64,000 nt of DNA from Paragordius varius (lineage: Eukaryota > Animalia > Nematomorpha): contig OZ176052.1 of the NCBI GenBank assembly GCA_964247055.1, forward strand, positions 12,214,001 through 12,278,000, given 5' to 3'. This document shows positions 52,385 to 64,000 of this stretch, piece after piece (position 1 is the first letter of the stretch; each line of letters opens with the position of its first letter). The notes under the pieces were generated by a model. The model ran no database searches, had not been told where the DNA came from, and was given only the letters and a program-made list of their open reading frames with translations. The translations under genes were made by a program, and so were the position numbers.

Positions 52385-52643
52385 CAGGGGTACCCAACAT
52401 GCGGCCCTCCAAAATACTTCTGAATCCCCACAAGAAATTTATATAAAAGATTTACGAGTGAAAATCATTTTTTAAACAAATTTTTTTCAGATAAATTTTT
52501 CTGAATTTTGGCAATGAACCAGCTAAAAAATTAAAATTAATATAAACTTTACTTTACAGTAGTAAAAATTTAACAAAAAACTTGTTAATGCCCATATATT
52601 TTTTAAATGCGGCCCGCGAAGCCATTTGTGTTAGGCACCCTTG
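52385..52643. mobile_element. hAT-type MITE (259 bp)
   Basis: TIRs CAGGGGTACCCAAC and GTTAGGCACCCTTG (3 mismatches), subterminal TGCGGCCC at both ends, and a degenerate 8-bp TSD (aattaaat / attcaaat). Confidence 0.75.
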
Positions 52644-53363
52644 ATTCAAATACACAACTAAAAAAATGACAAATCTTGTACATACATGTGAAAATGCATT
52701 TTAGCCAATTATAATAGTGAAATGACCAATAATAGCTCTTGTCACTGTAGATATTCACAGTTTAAAATTTAAGTCAATTAACATAATTAAAATGCCAAAT
52801 GAATGTATAAAAGCATCAAATTGTACCGAATAGTTCAAGGTTGTCAACATAAATTCATGCATAAATTAATTTATATTTTACAATGTTAAGTAAAATTACG
52901 TATCACATAAAATAGTTTGCAATTACCGTATTGCCCGCAGAAATATAATTCTATTATTTTTTAGGATAAAATTATCAACACAAGAAAAGTTACCCTTGGT
53001 TAATTTTCACAAATCACTTTAAATTATATTGGAAACATGGATATTTTTTGGTCTGGTTTTAATTTATAGGCTAAGTACAAAAAATATCGATTTTCATTTT
53101 ATGTTCGTCTGGGATACATTGTATGTAGAATAAATGCCATGCTAAAACTTTTGGTTCACTTTTACAAGTGATAAAGTGTTAAGTTATGCATTTGATAAAC
53201 AAATGTTATTGGGTTTTTGGTTATCGTATAAATCAAAATGTTTAAAACAAAAACATTTCGACAAAAAAACCAAGATTTAAATGCCAAATTGAAATAAGAG
53301 AAAGGGGGACTATAAAAACTTTCTCATGAGGTGATAATAGCAAAAAAATGAGTAAGCAAAATC

Positions 53364-54026
53364 TTAAAGGATAGCACATTGTGCACATTTGTTATATTTA
53401 ATATTATCTTTTTTAGTTTTGACCAATTGTTTATCATTGGCTGTATCTGAGGCATCTAGAGAACCATTTTGTTTAACGGTGACTTCCCCTTTTTTGTTGA
53501 TAAAAACTGTTTCAACTTTAACTGTTGCGGGTTCAGAATTACCTTCCACAGGCGGAATAGTCACCATCTGAGCCATAATCTCTCGCATTTGGCCTCCGGA
53601 AGTTATGGAATCATGAGTAGAATCTGGTTTAACTCCATGAATATCTCCATTACTGGCTTTAGGATTCATAATCAAAGAATTCTTATTAGTATTATCATGA
53701 CTTGTGGAGTGTGAGGGGGTATTTAGAGGTTGGTTCTCTGTATTCAAAGCATGATTATGTGGAACGTTTAAAATACCGTTGGGTCCGGATTGGTTATTAT
53801 TAATTTTTAATTTAACTTCTACCAAATTTTGAGAATCAATATTGTCGTCATTTGTCGGAGTCAGGGTAGTTTTATTTATATGTCCATTTTGTTGAACTGG
53901 TAAGGCAAAAGCATCTTTGGGTGGCATACCGTGTTTGTAAGCTTCTACAATAGGATCAACCTCGTGAAAAAGCGCTTTTTGAGGCGAAAATGGATTTTCA
54001 GCTCCAGGTTCAAAACTAAAACGCAT
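53364..54026 (-). CDS. Disordered protein ending in a CaaX box (KCAQCAIL*); the true start is probably upstream across a 28-nt intron
   Basis: 220-codon ORF with a low-complexity body and a CAIL terminus. A GT-AG 28-nt segment at 54016-54043 joins in frame to the upstream MIQPLIIDRVFS. Confidence 0.75.
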   Translation of the reverse strand: MRFSFEPGAENPFSPQKALFHEVDPIVEAYKHGMPPKDAFALPVQQNGHINKTTLTPTNDDNIDSQNLVEVKLKINNNQSGPNGILNVPHNHALNTENQPLNTPSHSTSHDNTNKNSLIMNPKASNGDIHGVKPDSTHDSITSGGQMREIMAQMVTIPPVEGNSEPATVKVETVFINKKGEVTVKQNGSLDASDTANDKQLVKTKKDNIKYNKCAQCAIL

Positions 54027-54984
54027 TCAAATAATAAATTTACTTTGAAAAAACTCGATCAATTATAAGGGGCTGAATCATATGTAAAACAAGCGTAACA
54101 TTTGACAACACTAAACATACTTGAACATAGAATACGAATATTGCCTCATAATTAAATTTAATGTAAAAAATTTATTGCAGATAAATATAATTTAAATTAA
54201 ATGGTGTTTCTATAAATTTTATTGTATATTAATTGCATTCGTTTTCTTTCTTCACCATCCGCGATAAAACCAATGTATTGCTCAATAATCTAAATGACAA
54301 ATAGACATATCAAAATTGATCAGATAAGAAAGTATTGGAAAAACATAAGACATTATACTTTACATGGAGCTTTTTCTATAATAAGTATTTGACTTAGAAA
54401 TTGGTATCCAAAATTAACTTTTGATCGTATGGGATGGAGAAGGGTGGCCTTGTTTAAAAGCAGTAAATAAAAAATAAATTTTGCTTTGTTAGGAATAAAT
54501 AAAATATATACAGTGCTAATTTATAACATATATAAAAATATTCAAATATAAATTCTGGTATTTAAAAGTTATTTAAAACTTTATTAAATTCTTATGATAA
54601 TTTACAACCCCAAGGTGATTTATGGAGCCCTATTTTAAAATATGCTTTCAATCTTTGTATAGAAGCTGGTGGCCTAGCAACTCGTATCATTTGGATGGGT
54701 TTTTTACGTTTGAGCAATCCTAAGCATCTCAAATCATTGAGGAAAAATTAGGTATGTGTTTTAACATTTCGATTCAAATTGGGGTATCTATATACCCCAG
54801 ATATTTATAAAAATGAAGGAAACAGTCCTAATTTAAATTTATGCTTCTATCCTAATAAAATTTATATAAATATGCGAAAATATTTAAATAATATTTTGTT
54901 TTGAAAAAAAAAGTTTCATGTCAAACCAAATTACTTCGACGCCATTTTTTTACAAAATTTTTGCAAAATATCGTCTTCATTTAA

Positions 54985-55539
54985 CACTTCGATTCAAATT
55001 GGGGTATCTAAATACCCCAGACTAAATTTAAATTAAAATTTTTTAAAAAATACTGAAGGAAACGGTCCCAATTTAAATTTATGCTTCTATCCTGATAAAT
55101 ATTATATAAATATGCCAAAATATTTTAATAAAATCTTGTTTTGAAAAAAAAGTTCCATCTAAACTACTTCGACGCCATTTTTATTTTACAAAAATTTTGC
55201 AAAATATCGTCTTCATTTAATTTAAGGGTAAGACTTACATCTAACATTGATAGAAATAGAAAAAGCGGATTTTGTAATATTTTTTAATTTTACAATTTGA
55301 CATATGTCACGTTGACTAAATTTTTACCTTTCAGTTTTAGCTCAAAATAAGTAATATCAAGTATTTTTGAATAAATTTTTTTATATATTTCGGTTTATTA
55401 ATGTTATATAAGTGCAAAATTTTGCCATGGTTTTGATTCTTTCCATACTTTTTAAAGTATTTGATTTTCAACAGGCCTGGGGTATCCAACTACCCCATTT
55501 TGAATCGAAGGACTAAAATAAGTGTGTTGTATCCAAGTG
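54985..55539 (-). mobile_element. piggyBac-like TTAA MITE, nested copy 1
   Basis: TTAA|cacttcgattc...gtatccaagtg|TTAA inside the host copy's cttcatTTAAttttaagg site. Confidence 0.9.
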
Positions 55540-55579
55540 TTAATTTTAAGGGTAAAACTAAAGCTAATTTTTTATTTAA

Positions 55580-56138
55580 CACTTTGATTCAAAGTGGGGT
55601 ATCTAAATACCGCAGACTAAATCTAAAACAACATTTTTAAAAAAATACTGAAGGAAACGGTCCCAATTTAAATTTATGCTTCTATCCTGATAAATATTAT
55701 ATAAATATGCCAAAATATCTTGATAAAATTTTGTTTTGAAAAAAAAAGTTCCATCTCAAACTACTTCGACTCCATTTTTATTTTAAAAATATGAGGGAAA
55801 ATATCGTCTTCATTAAGGGTAAAACTAAAACTTATTTCTTCTATAAATTACATCTAACATTGATAAGGGGTTTATGTATAATTTTTTAATTTTACAATTA
55901 AACACATGTCACGTTGACTAAATTTTTACCTTTCAGTTTTAGCTCAAAATAAGTTATATCAAGTATTTTTGAATAAATTTTTTTATATATTTCGGATTGA
56001 TGTTATATATGAGCAAAATTTTGCCATGGTTTCGATTGCTTTCATACTTTTTAAAGTATTTGATTTTAAACAGGCCTGGGGTATCCAACTACCCCAATTT
56101 GAATAAAAGGACTAAAATGATTGTGTTGTATCCAAGCG
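55580..56138 (-). mobile_element. piggyBac-like TTAA MITE, nested copy 2
   Basis: TTAA|cactttgattc...gtatccaagcg|TTAA inside the host copy's ttatTTAAattacat site. Confidence 0.9.
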
Positions 56139-56370
56139 TTAAATTACATTTAACGTTAGAAAAGCTGTTTATTTTGTTATATTTTTCAATTTTACCTTCA
56201 AGTATTTTTGGATAAACTTTTTTATATATATCGGTTTATTAATGTTATATAAGTGTAAAATTTTGCCATGGTTTTGATTCCTTCCAGATTTTTTAAAGAA
56301 TTTTTTAAGCGGGGTACTACCCCAATTTCAATCAAAGGACTAAAATGAATGTGTTGTATCCAACTGTTAA

Positions 56371-56645
56371 TAACATTTGATATTTATATAAACAGAAAAA
56401 GTCGTATATAATGAACCATTTTTATATTGAGCTTATGCACACATATCATGCATGCTAAATTTTTACCTTTGGGTTTATATCTTAATAATTAATGACAAAT
56501 ATTTTTGAATAAAAATTTTTTTTTCTGTTTATTAATATTATAAAATGCAAATTTTTGCCATATTCTTTTAAATATTTAATTTTAAACAAGTCTGTGGTAT
56601 CCAACCACCCCAATTGAATCGAAATGATTGTGTTGTATTCAGGTG
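56371..56645 (-). mobile_element. Half copy of the same MITE family, more diverged
   Basis: Homologous to the distal half of the family; ends gtattcaggtg|TTAA. Confidence 0.7.
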
Positions 56646-56789
56646 TTAAGGATATCGTACCGCATTTTAGAGAGTCCTCTTTTGGTGGCACCCTCGATTA
56701 ACTCAATAATAAACTTTCAAGCAAATTTGGTGGAGATTAAAACTCTACGTCCGAAATCGGGTGTAAAAAATAACCTGATGAAATATATA

Positions 56790-57840
56790 TATTGTGATAG
56801 TAAAATGTATCAGGATTATCATAGTGACTTTGATCTTAGCCCTTAACACTAATTAAAGAGAGTTATTTATACTTTTTCGGTGACTGCTACATATTAAAAA
56901 ATAACAAAATTCGCGCACATTTTTTTAGATATTTTTTTGATGAAAGCTGGTTTCATCTAAAAATATAACCAAAATATATCATAAATACATATAAAAAGCA
57001 AAACATTATTTTTAAGAAAATTATAGTTTTTTGAGGTGGGCGCCAAAATTCCCAATTTTTTCGCTCTTAAAAAATGGCCCCCGTTTAAAATCAACGCAAA
57101 ATTTTGATATAAGCTAAAAAACTTACTTCATACTATTTTGAGAATCATGTAAACGATTCATAAATATTTTAAGATATTAAAACCCTTTAATATAATTTGA
57201 TGATGTTGAATATTTCTATAGCTTCAAAATTTTAATTCAAATGTTCGTTTGCCTAAAATTTTGGCGCATTGTTGTGAAATAACACACTTTTTATTTATCA
57301 ATAATTTATGGATGATCTAATATTTTAATCAAAATTCTTAGGTAATAAAAATGTTCTGCATCATCGAAATACAAAAGGTTTTATATTTTAAATCGTTTCG
57401 TTTTTATCATGTGTATTTATGAAGTACATTTCAACAAAATTTTCCTAAAAATTAAATTTTTGTAAAAAATGTGCTTTAAAAATTTTTTTTCATGTCAAAA
57501 TTTAGTATATATTTAAATTAATCGCGCAATAGGAGAGCAAAAAAATTTAGGACTTTCGGGGCCCACATCTAAAAATTAAAATTTTAAAAATATTGTTTTG
57601 ATTTTTACATGTTGTTTATGGTATATTTAGTGATAAGCCTCTAGTTTTCCCCAAAAAATTTTAAAAAATGTGCGCGAATCTTGCATTTTCTGATATGAAG
57701 CACTCACTAAAAAAGTATAAATAATTTTCTTAAATCACTCGTAAGGACCAAAACCACCATGATAATCCTAATATATTTTTCTATCAGAATATATATATTA
57801 TATCAAGTTATTTTTTTGCGGACGCTGTGTAATATGTAGA
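56790..57840. repeat. Old degenerate foldback-like element
   Basis: ~56800-57060 (ggattatcatagtg..ttatttatacttttt..ttcgcgcacattttt..gtgggcgcc) is mirrored at ~57550-57780. Confidence 0.6.
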
Positions 57841-58059
57841 TTTTCAGATTATGACGTAAGAAATCGGGTTTAAGAATAAATGAATAAACGCTTTTCCTAA
57901 TATTTTCCGAAAGCACCACATTTAAGATTTGATGCGGGTTTTATCTATCGTACACCATAATTCCACAATCATGGTAAAGATATAAACCATTGCTTTGAGT
58001 GTAGAAAGTTTGGTAGATAGTATCTTATGATGGGGGGATTGGAAAATTTGGTTTTGCTA

Positions 58060-59075
58060 ATGGTTATGCGCCCCGATGTGAGACAGTCCAGATGTTAGGT
58101 ACCAATCTACCGCCAGATGCAATGATAGGGTCAAATTATTTACAGCAATTAATTAGATTAATAGTAAGTCATTGAATATCAAAGATAACTGAAGAGGGGG
58201 GGGGGGACGAACAGACTATGAAGTTTCCATATACTTTTGCTCCGACCTCTGTATGTAGAAAAACAACTGCCATCAAAATCAATTACGGTCCCACCGATTG
58301 GTTTCCTATCTCCAAAGGTGTGAGACAAGGATCTACCTTTTCCCTCCTTCCATAAAACTATACATAGAAACTTAAATAAGCACTCTGAGCTTTCAATATT
58401 TGAGCGCGTATCGGAGGTGTCGTTGTTTGCAATCTCCAATAGTACCCGACGACAATATCTCTTGACAAACCTATTTAAATCTAAAGTAAATGATCCTTAA
58501 CGCCCACCCCTTCCACCTATATTAACACTCAATGACTCCTCTATCTAGGATCTAGGCAATTCTGGTCCCGACATCCGAGCACGGCTTGCACTAGGGCGAG
58601 CAACCATGGGCAAACTGTCCAGAATTAAGAATTTTTCGGTCATAAGGCTTTCAACCAAACTATCCATCTCAAATGCAATGGTTTACGCTGCTATTTATGA
58701 GTCTGAATCATGAGTTTGTAAATCCATAGCCCGCATCTACTCATTTCAAATATGGTGTTTTTGGAAAAATTAGGGAATCTCCTGGAAAGCCAACATCCAT
58801 AATTGATATCTCTTAACTTCGTTGTACCTGTCTTGCTTTACAATCGGATAATCTATAGACAATTAAAATATCTCGTTCATATTCCACGATTCGCTTTGGT
58901 AAAAAAAACATTTTCCTTGTGTTATTCGATGGTACCAGCAAAAGGGGCCACCCTAGCAATGGCTCGATATCTTCAAATCAGTCACAAATATTACCCTTCC
59001 TCAAATAATTGCCACAAGATCGTCTGAAATAAAAAACGCTTGTCTATAAGAAAGCCGAGTCGCCAAGCGACTAGC
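58060..59075 (+). mobile_element. Decayed 5'-truncated RTE-clade retrotransposon
   Basis: Interrupted frames: DWFPISKGVRQGS, RIGGVVVCNL followed by a YADD-like remnant, DIRARLALGRATMGKLS, YESES*, SFQIWCFWK..GISWK. Confidence 0.8.
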
Positions 59076-59621
59076 TTCTAGCATATATGATAAATCATAT
59101 TCTGGTTGTAGTTATAGTGCTTCACAAATTATTGATAAATTCAAAATAAATTTAATAAAACAATATTTGCATTTTTATATTTAAATGAACAACAAAGTAA
59201 AATTTGTTCAATTTTTTACAGCACATAAAATGAGTATAAAAAATTATATTAATTTTAACGGATTAAAATGGGATAATGCGATTAAATATTTATTTAGGGT
59301 ATTTTAAAAAATATAATTCTTGTTTTAACCTATAATTTTTACATGATTCGTTGGTTGAATGTTCATTATATTAAATATTACCCTTATTTAAATGATTTGT
59401 GTTGTATAATCAAACCGCGGCGTGGTTTATAGTTTATTATGAACGAAAATGCGATATAAAAGCAATATTCAGTGGGCCTATCTAACCCTTTACCAGACAA
59501 TAATAATTAATTTTAACTCGAGTTATTTTGTTTTTTGGCAGTTATTTTCTTGTAGAATATAATTAATTCTCGACACGTGAATAGTATAAAAATATATGGA
59601 AATTTATTCAAAAACCTGTCA

Positions 59622-59672
59622 TATAAGTGCCAACGGTTTCGGACACTATAGAGGATGTCCCTCGTCAGCATT
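59622..59672 (-). ncRNA. Decayed hammerhead-ribozyme motif
   Basis: CTGACGA-g-GGACA-tcctctatag-TGTCC-GAAAC-C-GTT. The core and stem II are recognisable; stem I pairs poorly. Confidence 0.6.
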
Positions 59673-60164
59673 AAAAAGAATAAAAATGGATGTGTGAATA
59701 ACTGTTGTTTTTTTTATATATACAATTTTTAAACAATATTTATTGTTGTTTTATTCTTTTATTAAAATATATGGACTCTATTGTTTTCAATTCAAAATTG
59801 TCGCTCCTTCGGTTTTTTTTCATTCTTTTACATTAGTATTGTTGTAAACCTAAAAAATGTTTGTCCCCTCTCAGTGAAAAAAAAGGTTTTAACTTATTAT
59901 TATAATATAGAATAAAGCAACAATAAATATTTTTGAAAAAACTTTATATAACGATTATTCACACATCTATTCTTATTCTTTTTAATGATGACAACGGACA
60001 TCTTTTATAGTAATGGTAATTAACGGATTGGTTATGTTTTGTAATAACAGTTGTTAAAATCCGTAATATAACGATAAAGGATAATTAAATTGAATTAAAT
60101 GAAATTATAAACAGAAATTATAAATTGAATTAAATAAAATTATAAACGATATGTGAAACCCTTC

Positions 60165-60230
60165 GTCAATAGTAATCGCAGACTAGTTTCGTGCTTGTTA
60201 GCACTCATCAGTACGACACAACTATTTGAC
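60165..60230 (-). ncRNA. Type I hammerhead ribozyme (copy 1)
   Basis: Exact reverse complement of 60427..60492. Confidence 0.9.
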
Positions 60231-60426
60231 TTGGAGTTTTCACATATCGATTTCGTATATATATCCAACTTTGCAATTTTGGTATAAATGCAGTTGGTTA
60301 TACGAATTTAAATTAAATTTAATGGTATTTATGAAAATTAAACTGAAAATTTGAAAACAAACTGAAAATTAACTCTAGGGGTGAGCCTAGATTTAGAGTA
60401 TAGCTACTTAGGGATGAAAACTCCAA

Positions 60427-60492
60427 GTCAAATAGTTGTGTCGTACTGATGAGTGCTAACAAGCACGAAACTAGTCTGCGATTACTATTGAC
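60427..60492 (+). ncRNA. Type I hammerhead ribozyme (copy 2), predicted cleavage after C60476
   Basis: Stem I is GTCGTA/TGCGAT plus GTCAAATAGT/ACTATTGAC. Core CTGATGA, stem II GTGC-TAACAA-GCAC, GAAA, and a minimal palindromic stem III (ACTAGT) with a GTC cleavage triplet. Confidence 0.9.
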
Positions 60493-61947
60493 GAAGGGTT
60501 TCACATATCGTTTATAATTTCATTTAATTCAATTTATAATTTCTGTTTATAATATCATTTAATTCAATTTAATTATCCTTTATCGTTATATTACGGATTT
60601 TAACAACTGTTATCTTTTATAGTGTTCGAAATAGTTCGCACTTTTTATTTATTTTATATGCCACGTTTTTAAATGTGTTTCCGTATATTTTTAGTTACTT
60701 AGTTATACCATCCAGTTTGTGCTTTTTTATATTACTTATATCTAATATTTTTATTTGATAAATTAAAAATTGTATAATACATATTTATCGATTGAATCTT
60801 GGATCACAATAGTATTGGTCACTAAAAACCGAGTTTAATGGGAATTATAATAATTTTAAAAAACTCAATTAAGTGGATTTGAAAAAAAATATCTAAATAT
60901 CTTCTAAAAATTCCCCCATGACATATAAGGAAATCACATAAAAGCCAAAACCTTTTAATATATAATTAATTTTAAGGCTTTTAATTTACACTGCATTTAT
61001 TTAATATCACGAAGTACATTTTTACACCTAAAAATGTTTGGTAAGTCTTTAATAATTAAACCTAAATTAGAAAATTTGATAACAATATCATTTCTGGAAC
61101 TTTTTAAATGATACGTGTTAAAATTTAGCAAAAAATTATAAATAATTTAATTTTGAAAATGCTATTTATTTTTTTGTTTTTATGCCAATCCAAACATATG
61201 GAAATTAAGCGACGTTTTGCTCAACTGAAAATGTTATAGCCTTAGGCTATTTTTTATTTTTTTACATTTATATCTCTTATATAAATTTTAACCCTAAAAT
61301 ATTTTTTTCTTGACTTACTTTATCATTAACTGTGTATTGGATGCATTTATACAAATATGATAAAGTTCATAAATACAAAAAAGATTAACTAATTAAACAT
61401 TAAAATTATAAACCTAATACTACCTTTGCTTGTATAGCGGAATTCAATTCCAGCCATTGTTCATTTTTGCAAATGACTTTAATGAGTGTAAGTGCATAAA
61501 GTTTTGGACTAATCTAAAGTTAATATAATAATTATTATTAGATTTAACAAAAAAGCCAGTAACTCACAATAAAGTGGAAAAAATGTAAGAATATTTGTTG
61601 GAGAATTTATAAATGCCTATTATTATATATAAAATTATAAAACTTTGTCGCATATTCGAAGATAAGCGTTATGATAGCTTATATTTGCAAAAAACATAAT
61701 TCAATCGTCGTAATAATTAACATAAATATCCTTCTAAAAATTTTGAAATTATTTAGATTGAACAATAATTTTATCAATAAATTTATTAATTAATCACAGG
61801 AAAACCAAATTAAAAAACCTACGCATATATAAAAAATTTACTTTAAATTCTTGGAGCATAGTGTATGGATCCAATAAATGAATCTAAATGTTAAAATTAA
61901 TAAATAATATAATATATATAATAATGGTTAAAAATATAAAAATATAC

Positions 61948-62150
61948 CAAATCTTGATCGCCAGATTTAAGAATCAAATCATGGTTTTGAAAAGCGTATG
62001 AGAGGATATCAACTACGGTTGGGATTGATTTATTTTTGGCTTGGTGTGATTGCAAAAAGGTGTTAAATTGATTTTGAAAATCAAGTTTTGATAGTGTGTA
62101 CAATCTTTGAACATGTGAAATGTACTGATTTAGTGTGGGTAATACTGCAT
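61948..62150 (-). CDS. Probable internal exon of an unidentified protein
   Basis: AG|...|GTATAT bounded 203-nt open frame (AVLPTLNQYISHVQRLY...KSGDQDL). A following in-phase small exon, IHLLDPYTMLQEFK, lies near 61845-61886. Confidence 0.45.
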
Positions 62151-62470
62151 CTAATTTAATTTTCAAGAAAAAAATGTATGTATACAAAATTATGTAAATT
62201 TAATTAAATATTATATATTGGCCAATTTTTGCAAGAAATCATTATAATAGCGGTGTTAGCTAATGCAAATAATCTTTTTTGATTAAATTAACGAAAAAAT
62301 TTGTACATGATTAATATTAAGTTTGCTAGTTTTTATATAATTTATAACAAATTCTTTTATAAAATTTGTGTAAATATATATATATAGCATGATATCACAA
62401 CACATGTAAATAAGTAATCAACGACAGGTTGAAGTAAAATCGTATTTTTCAAGTTCTTTAGATATATAGT

Positions 62471-64000
62471 TAAAATGACCAGATTTTTTGAAGGAAAAAG
62501 CGGGACAAATCTGAGAAAGGGGAAGAGCATGGGGGGGGGGGGGGGGTACAACCAAAAATTTTTAAACAAAAATTTATTGTAATATTTATTTATTTTTAAC
62601 ACAAATACATTATAAATATAAAAAAAATATTTTATTTTTTGGTATATTTGAGTGAATGCGTTCAGTAGAATGTCATCATTTTTTAAAATATTAAGTCTTC
62701 ACAAGAATTTGTCAAATTATTTTTGACAGATAAAATGGCCTTTAAAGTTTTAACATTTAAATTTGATTTTTCCGATGTCCACACCTGATTTACTGTGGAA
62801 AAAACGCGCTCAGTAGCAGCGTTGGTTCCAGGTAAAGATAGTGCGAATCCCACAATTTTTGAAATATTATTGTATAGAACATAGTTCGTTTCAAAATGAT
62901 GAAATATTCCTACCCATTTCTTTTATACTGTATTTTTTCTGTTGTCTATAATTTAGTTTTACATTAATATTTAACTAATGATACTTCAGAAAAAGGAACA
63001 TTTTCTGAAAGATTACATTTTGGGAATTTTTGGGAGATGCAGATATAATCAAATAATTTTTGAACATCACACCAATTAAATTCTGGTTTAATGTTATCCA
63101 ATTAAAATGATCGATTTCATTGAATTGCTTTTAAATAATATTTACAGTTTGTATAAAACATTATTATATGGTACAGGATATCTTAGCGACTTATTAAGCC
63201 TCGTTTTTCTAAATTGTTTATAATATTGCGGATGGTTAATGGTATAAAATTATTTTCAACCTTTCTTGACGTTGGAATTTTAGGTTATTTACTTCATTGG
63301 CTACTTCGATTGCGCAAATTTTGTCACCTTCTATCATTTTAATAACATTTTGAAAGAGAGAGCTTGATTATGTAGGAACTCTAACCATATTTTTAAAGAT
63401 TCCCTTTCAAAAAACTTTGCCAAATTGTCCTGTGATAAAAAATAGGATTTTAAAGGGTCATAAATTTTTAAAATTCTTTCGATAGCTGGCAGAAGAGCTA
63501 ACCAACGAGTTACAATATCCAAGCATTTATTGATATTGAACTTCTGCATTTTCACAGAATTCCTTAAGCGTTTCAAAGCGTACCGTGTATATATAAAAAT
63601 AGGATTATATTTTAACAACTACATTTTCCACATCTAGGGGTAACAAATCAGCAGCTGTTTGAATAGCGTTGTGGATTATATGCGCTGCACACCCAACGCC
63701 AATAATGTTTTGATTAAGATTATCTGTAATTTATGAAAAATATTTTTTGTTCCCCTCTTGCTTTTTCACCAAAGTTCGTATTGGTGTTGTCAGCGCAATA
63801 TGCGATGAAATTTGTCTTTTAAATTATTTTTTTCTGGAATATTTATTATTGAAGTAAAAATTATGTCGGATTTTTACCGGGTAGAGAAATAAAATCTAAA
63901 ATTTTAATTTTACTCCGGTTTCTGGATCAAAATATCTTATTAAAGTGGGAAATAATTTTGTTTCCTTGTGGTTTGATATATCAGAGTATAGCGATATGAA
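62471..64000 (-). mobile_element. hAT transposase pseudogene with terminus (Blackjack-like), running off the window
   Basis: Fragments IAYCADNTNTNFG, GVGCAAHIIHNAIQTAAD, TRWLALLPAIERIL..YDPLKSYF and the dimerisation domain LPGTNAATERVFSTVNQVW. The end taaaatgaccaga...gcgggaca resembles the TAGGGTGACCAGA...GGGACA termini. Stops and frameshifts are present. Confidence 0.88.

Larger units (their letters stand above)
54765..56366 (-). mobile_element. piggyBac-like TTAA MITE, outer copy split by two nested copies
   Basis: Flanked by TTAA (54761-54764, 56367-56370). Removing 54985-55543 and 55580-56142 restores a colinear family copy. Confidence 0.85.
60012..60611. mobile_element. Young Penelope-like (or retrozyme-like) insertion: inverted 199-bp repeats, 32-nt tail and 12-bp TSD
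   Basis: Arms 60044-60242 and 60415-60613 differ at 2 positions. ATCTTTTATAGT is duplicated at 60000-60011 and 60612-60623. There is an unpaired 32-nt extension at 60012-60043. Confidence 0.8.
59588..60692. mobile_element. Older inverted-repeat element with two decayed hammerhead motifs (Penelope-like pLTR remnant)
   Basis: The left arm (~59588-59765) mirrors ~59900-60011 plus ~60624-60692 once the younger insertion is removed. Confidence 0.7.

Overview
This window is very AT-rich, intron-containing metazoan genomic DNA, not prokaryotic. Host genes are: a 7-exon Prp38 splicing factor with 27-28-nt introns; a large multi-exon MARCH-type RING-CH E3 ligase; a CaaX-terminated disordered protein; a predicted single-pass membrane protein; and several orphan exons. 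They sit in a dense field of transposons. (i) A near-intact RTE-like non-LTR retrotransposon (endonuclease plus RT, one 1-bp frameshift) is inserted with a 12-bp TSD into one arm of a ~2.5-kb foldback element that carries 14-bp subterminal arrays. (ii) A TTAA-specific piggyBac-like MITE family has about 10 copies, including a self-nested stack. (iii) There are Helitron, mariner, hAT and further RTE remnants. (iv) Most notable is a 600-bp Penelope-like insertion carrying two intact type I hammerhead ribozymes in inverted orientation. It landed with a 12-bp TSD inside the stem II loop of a decayed hammerhead belonging to an older inverted hammerhead-pair element. Exon models and alignments were derived by hand; no database searches were run.
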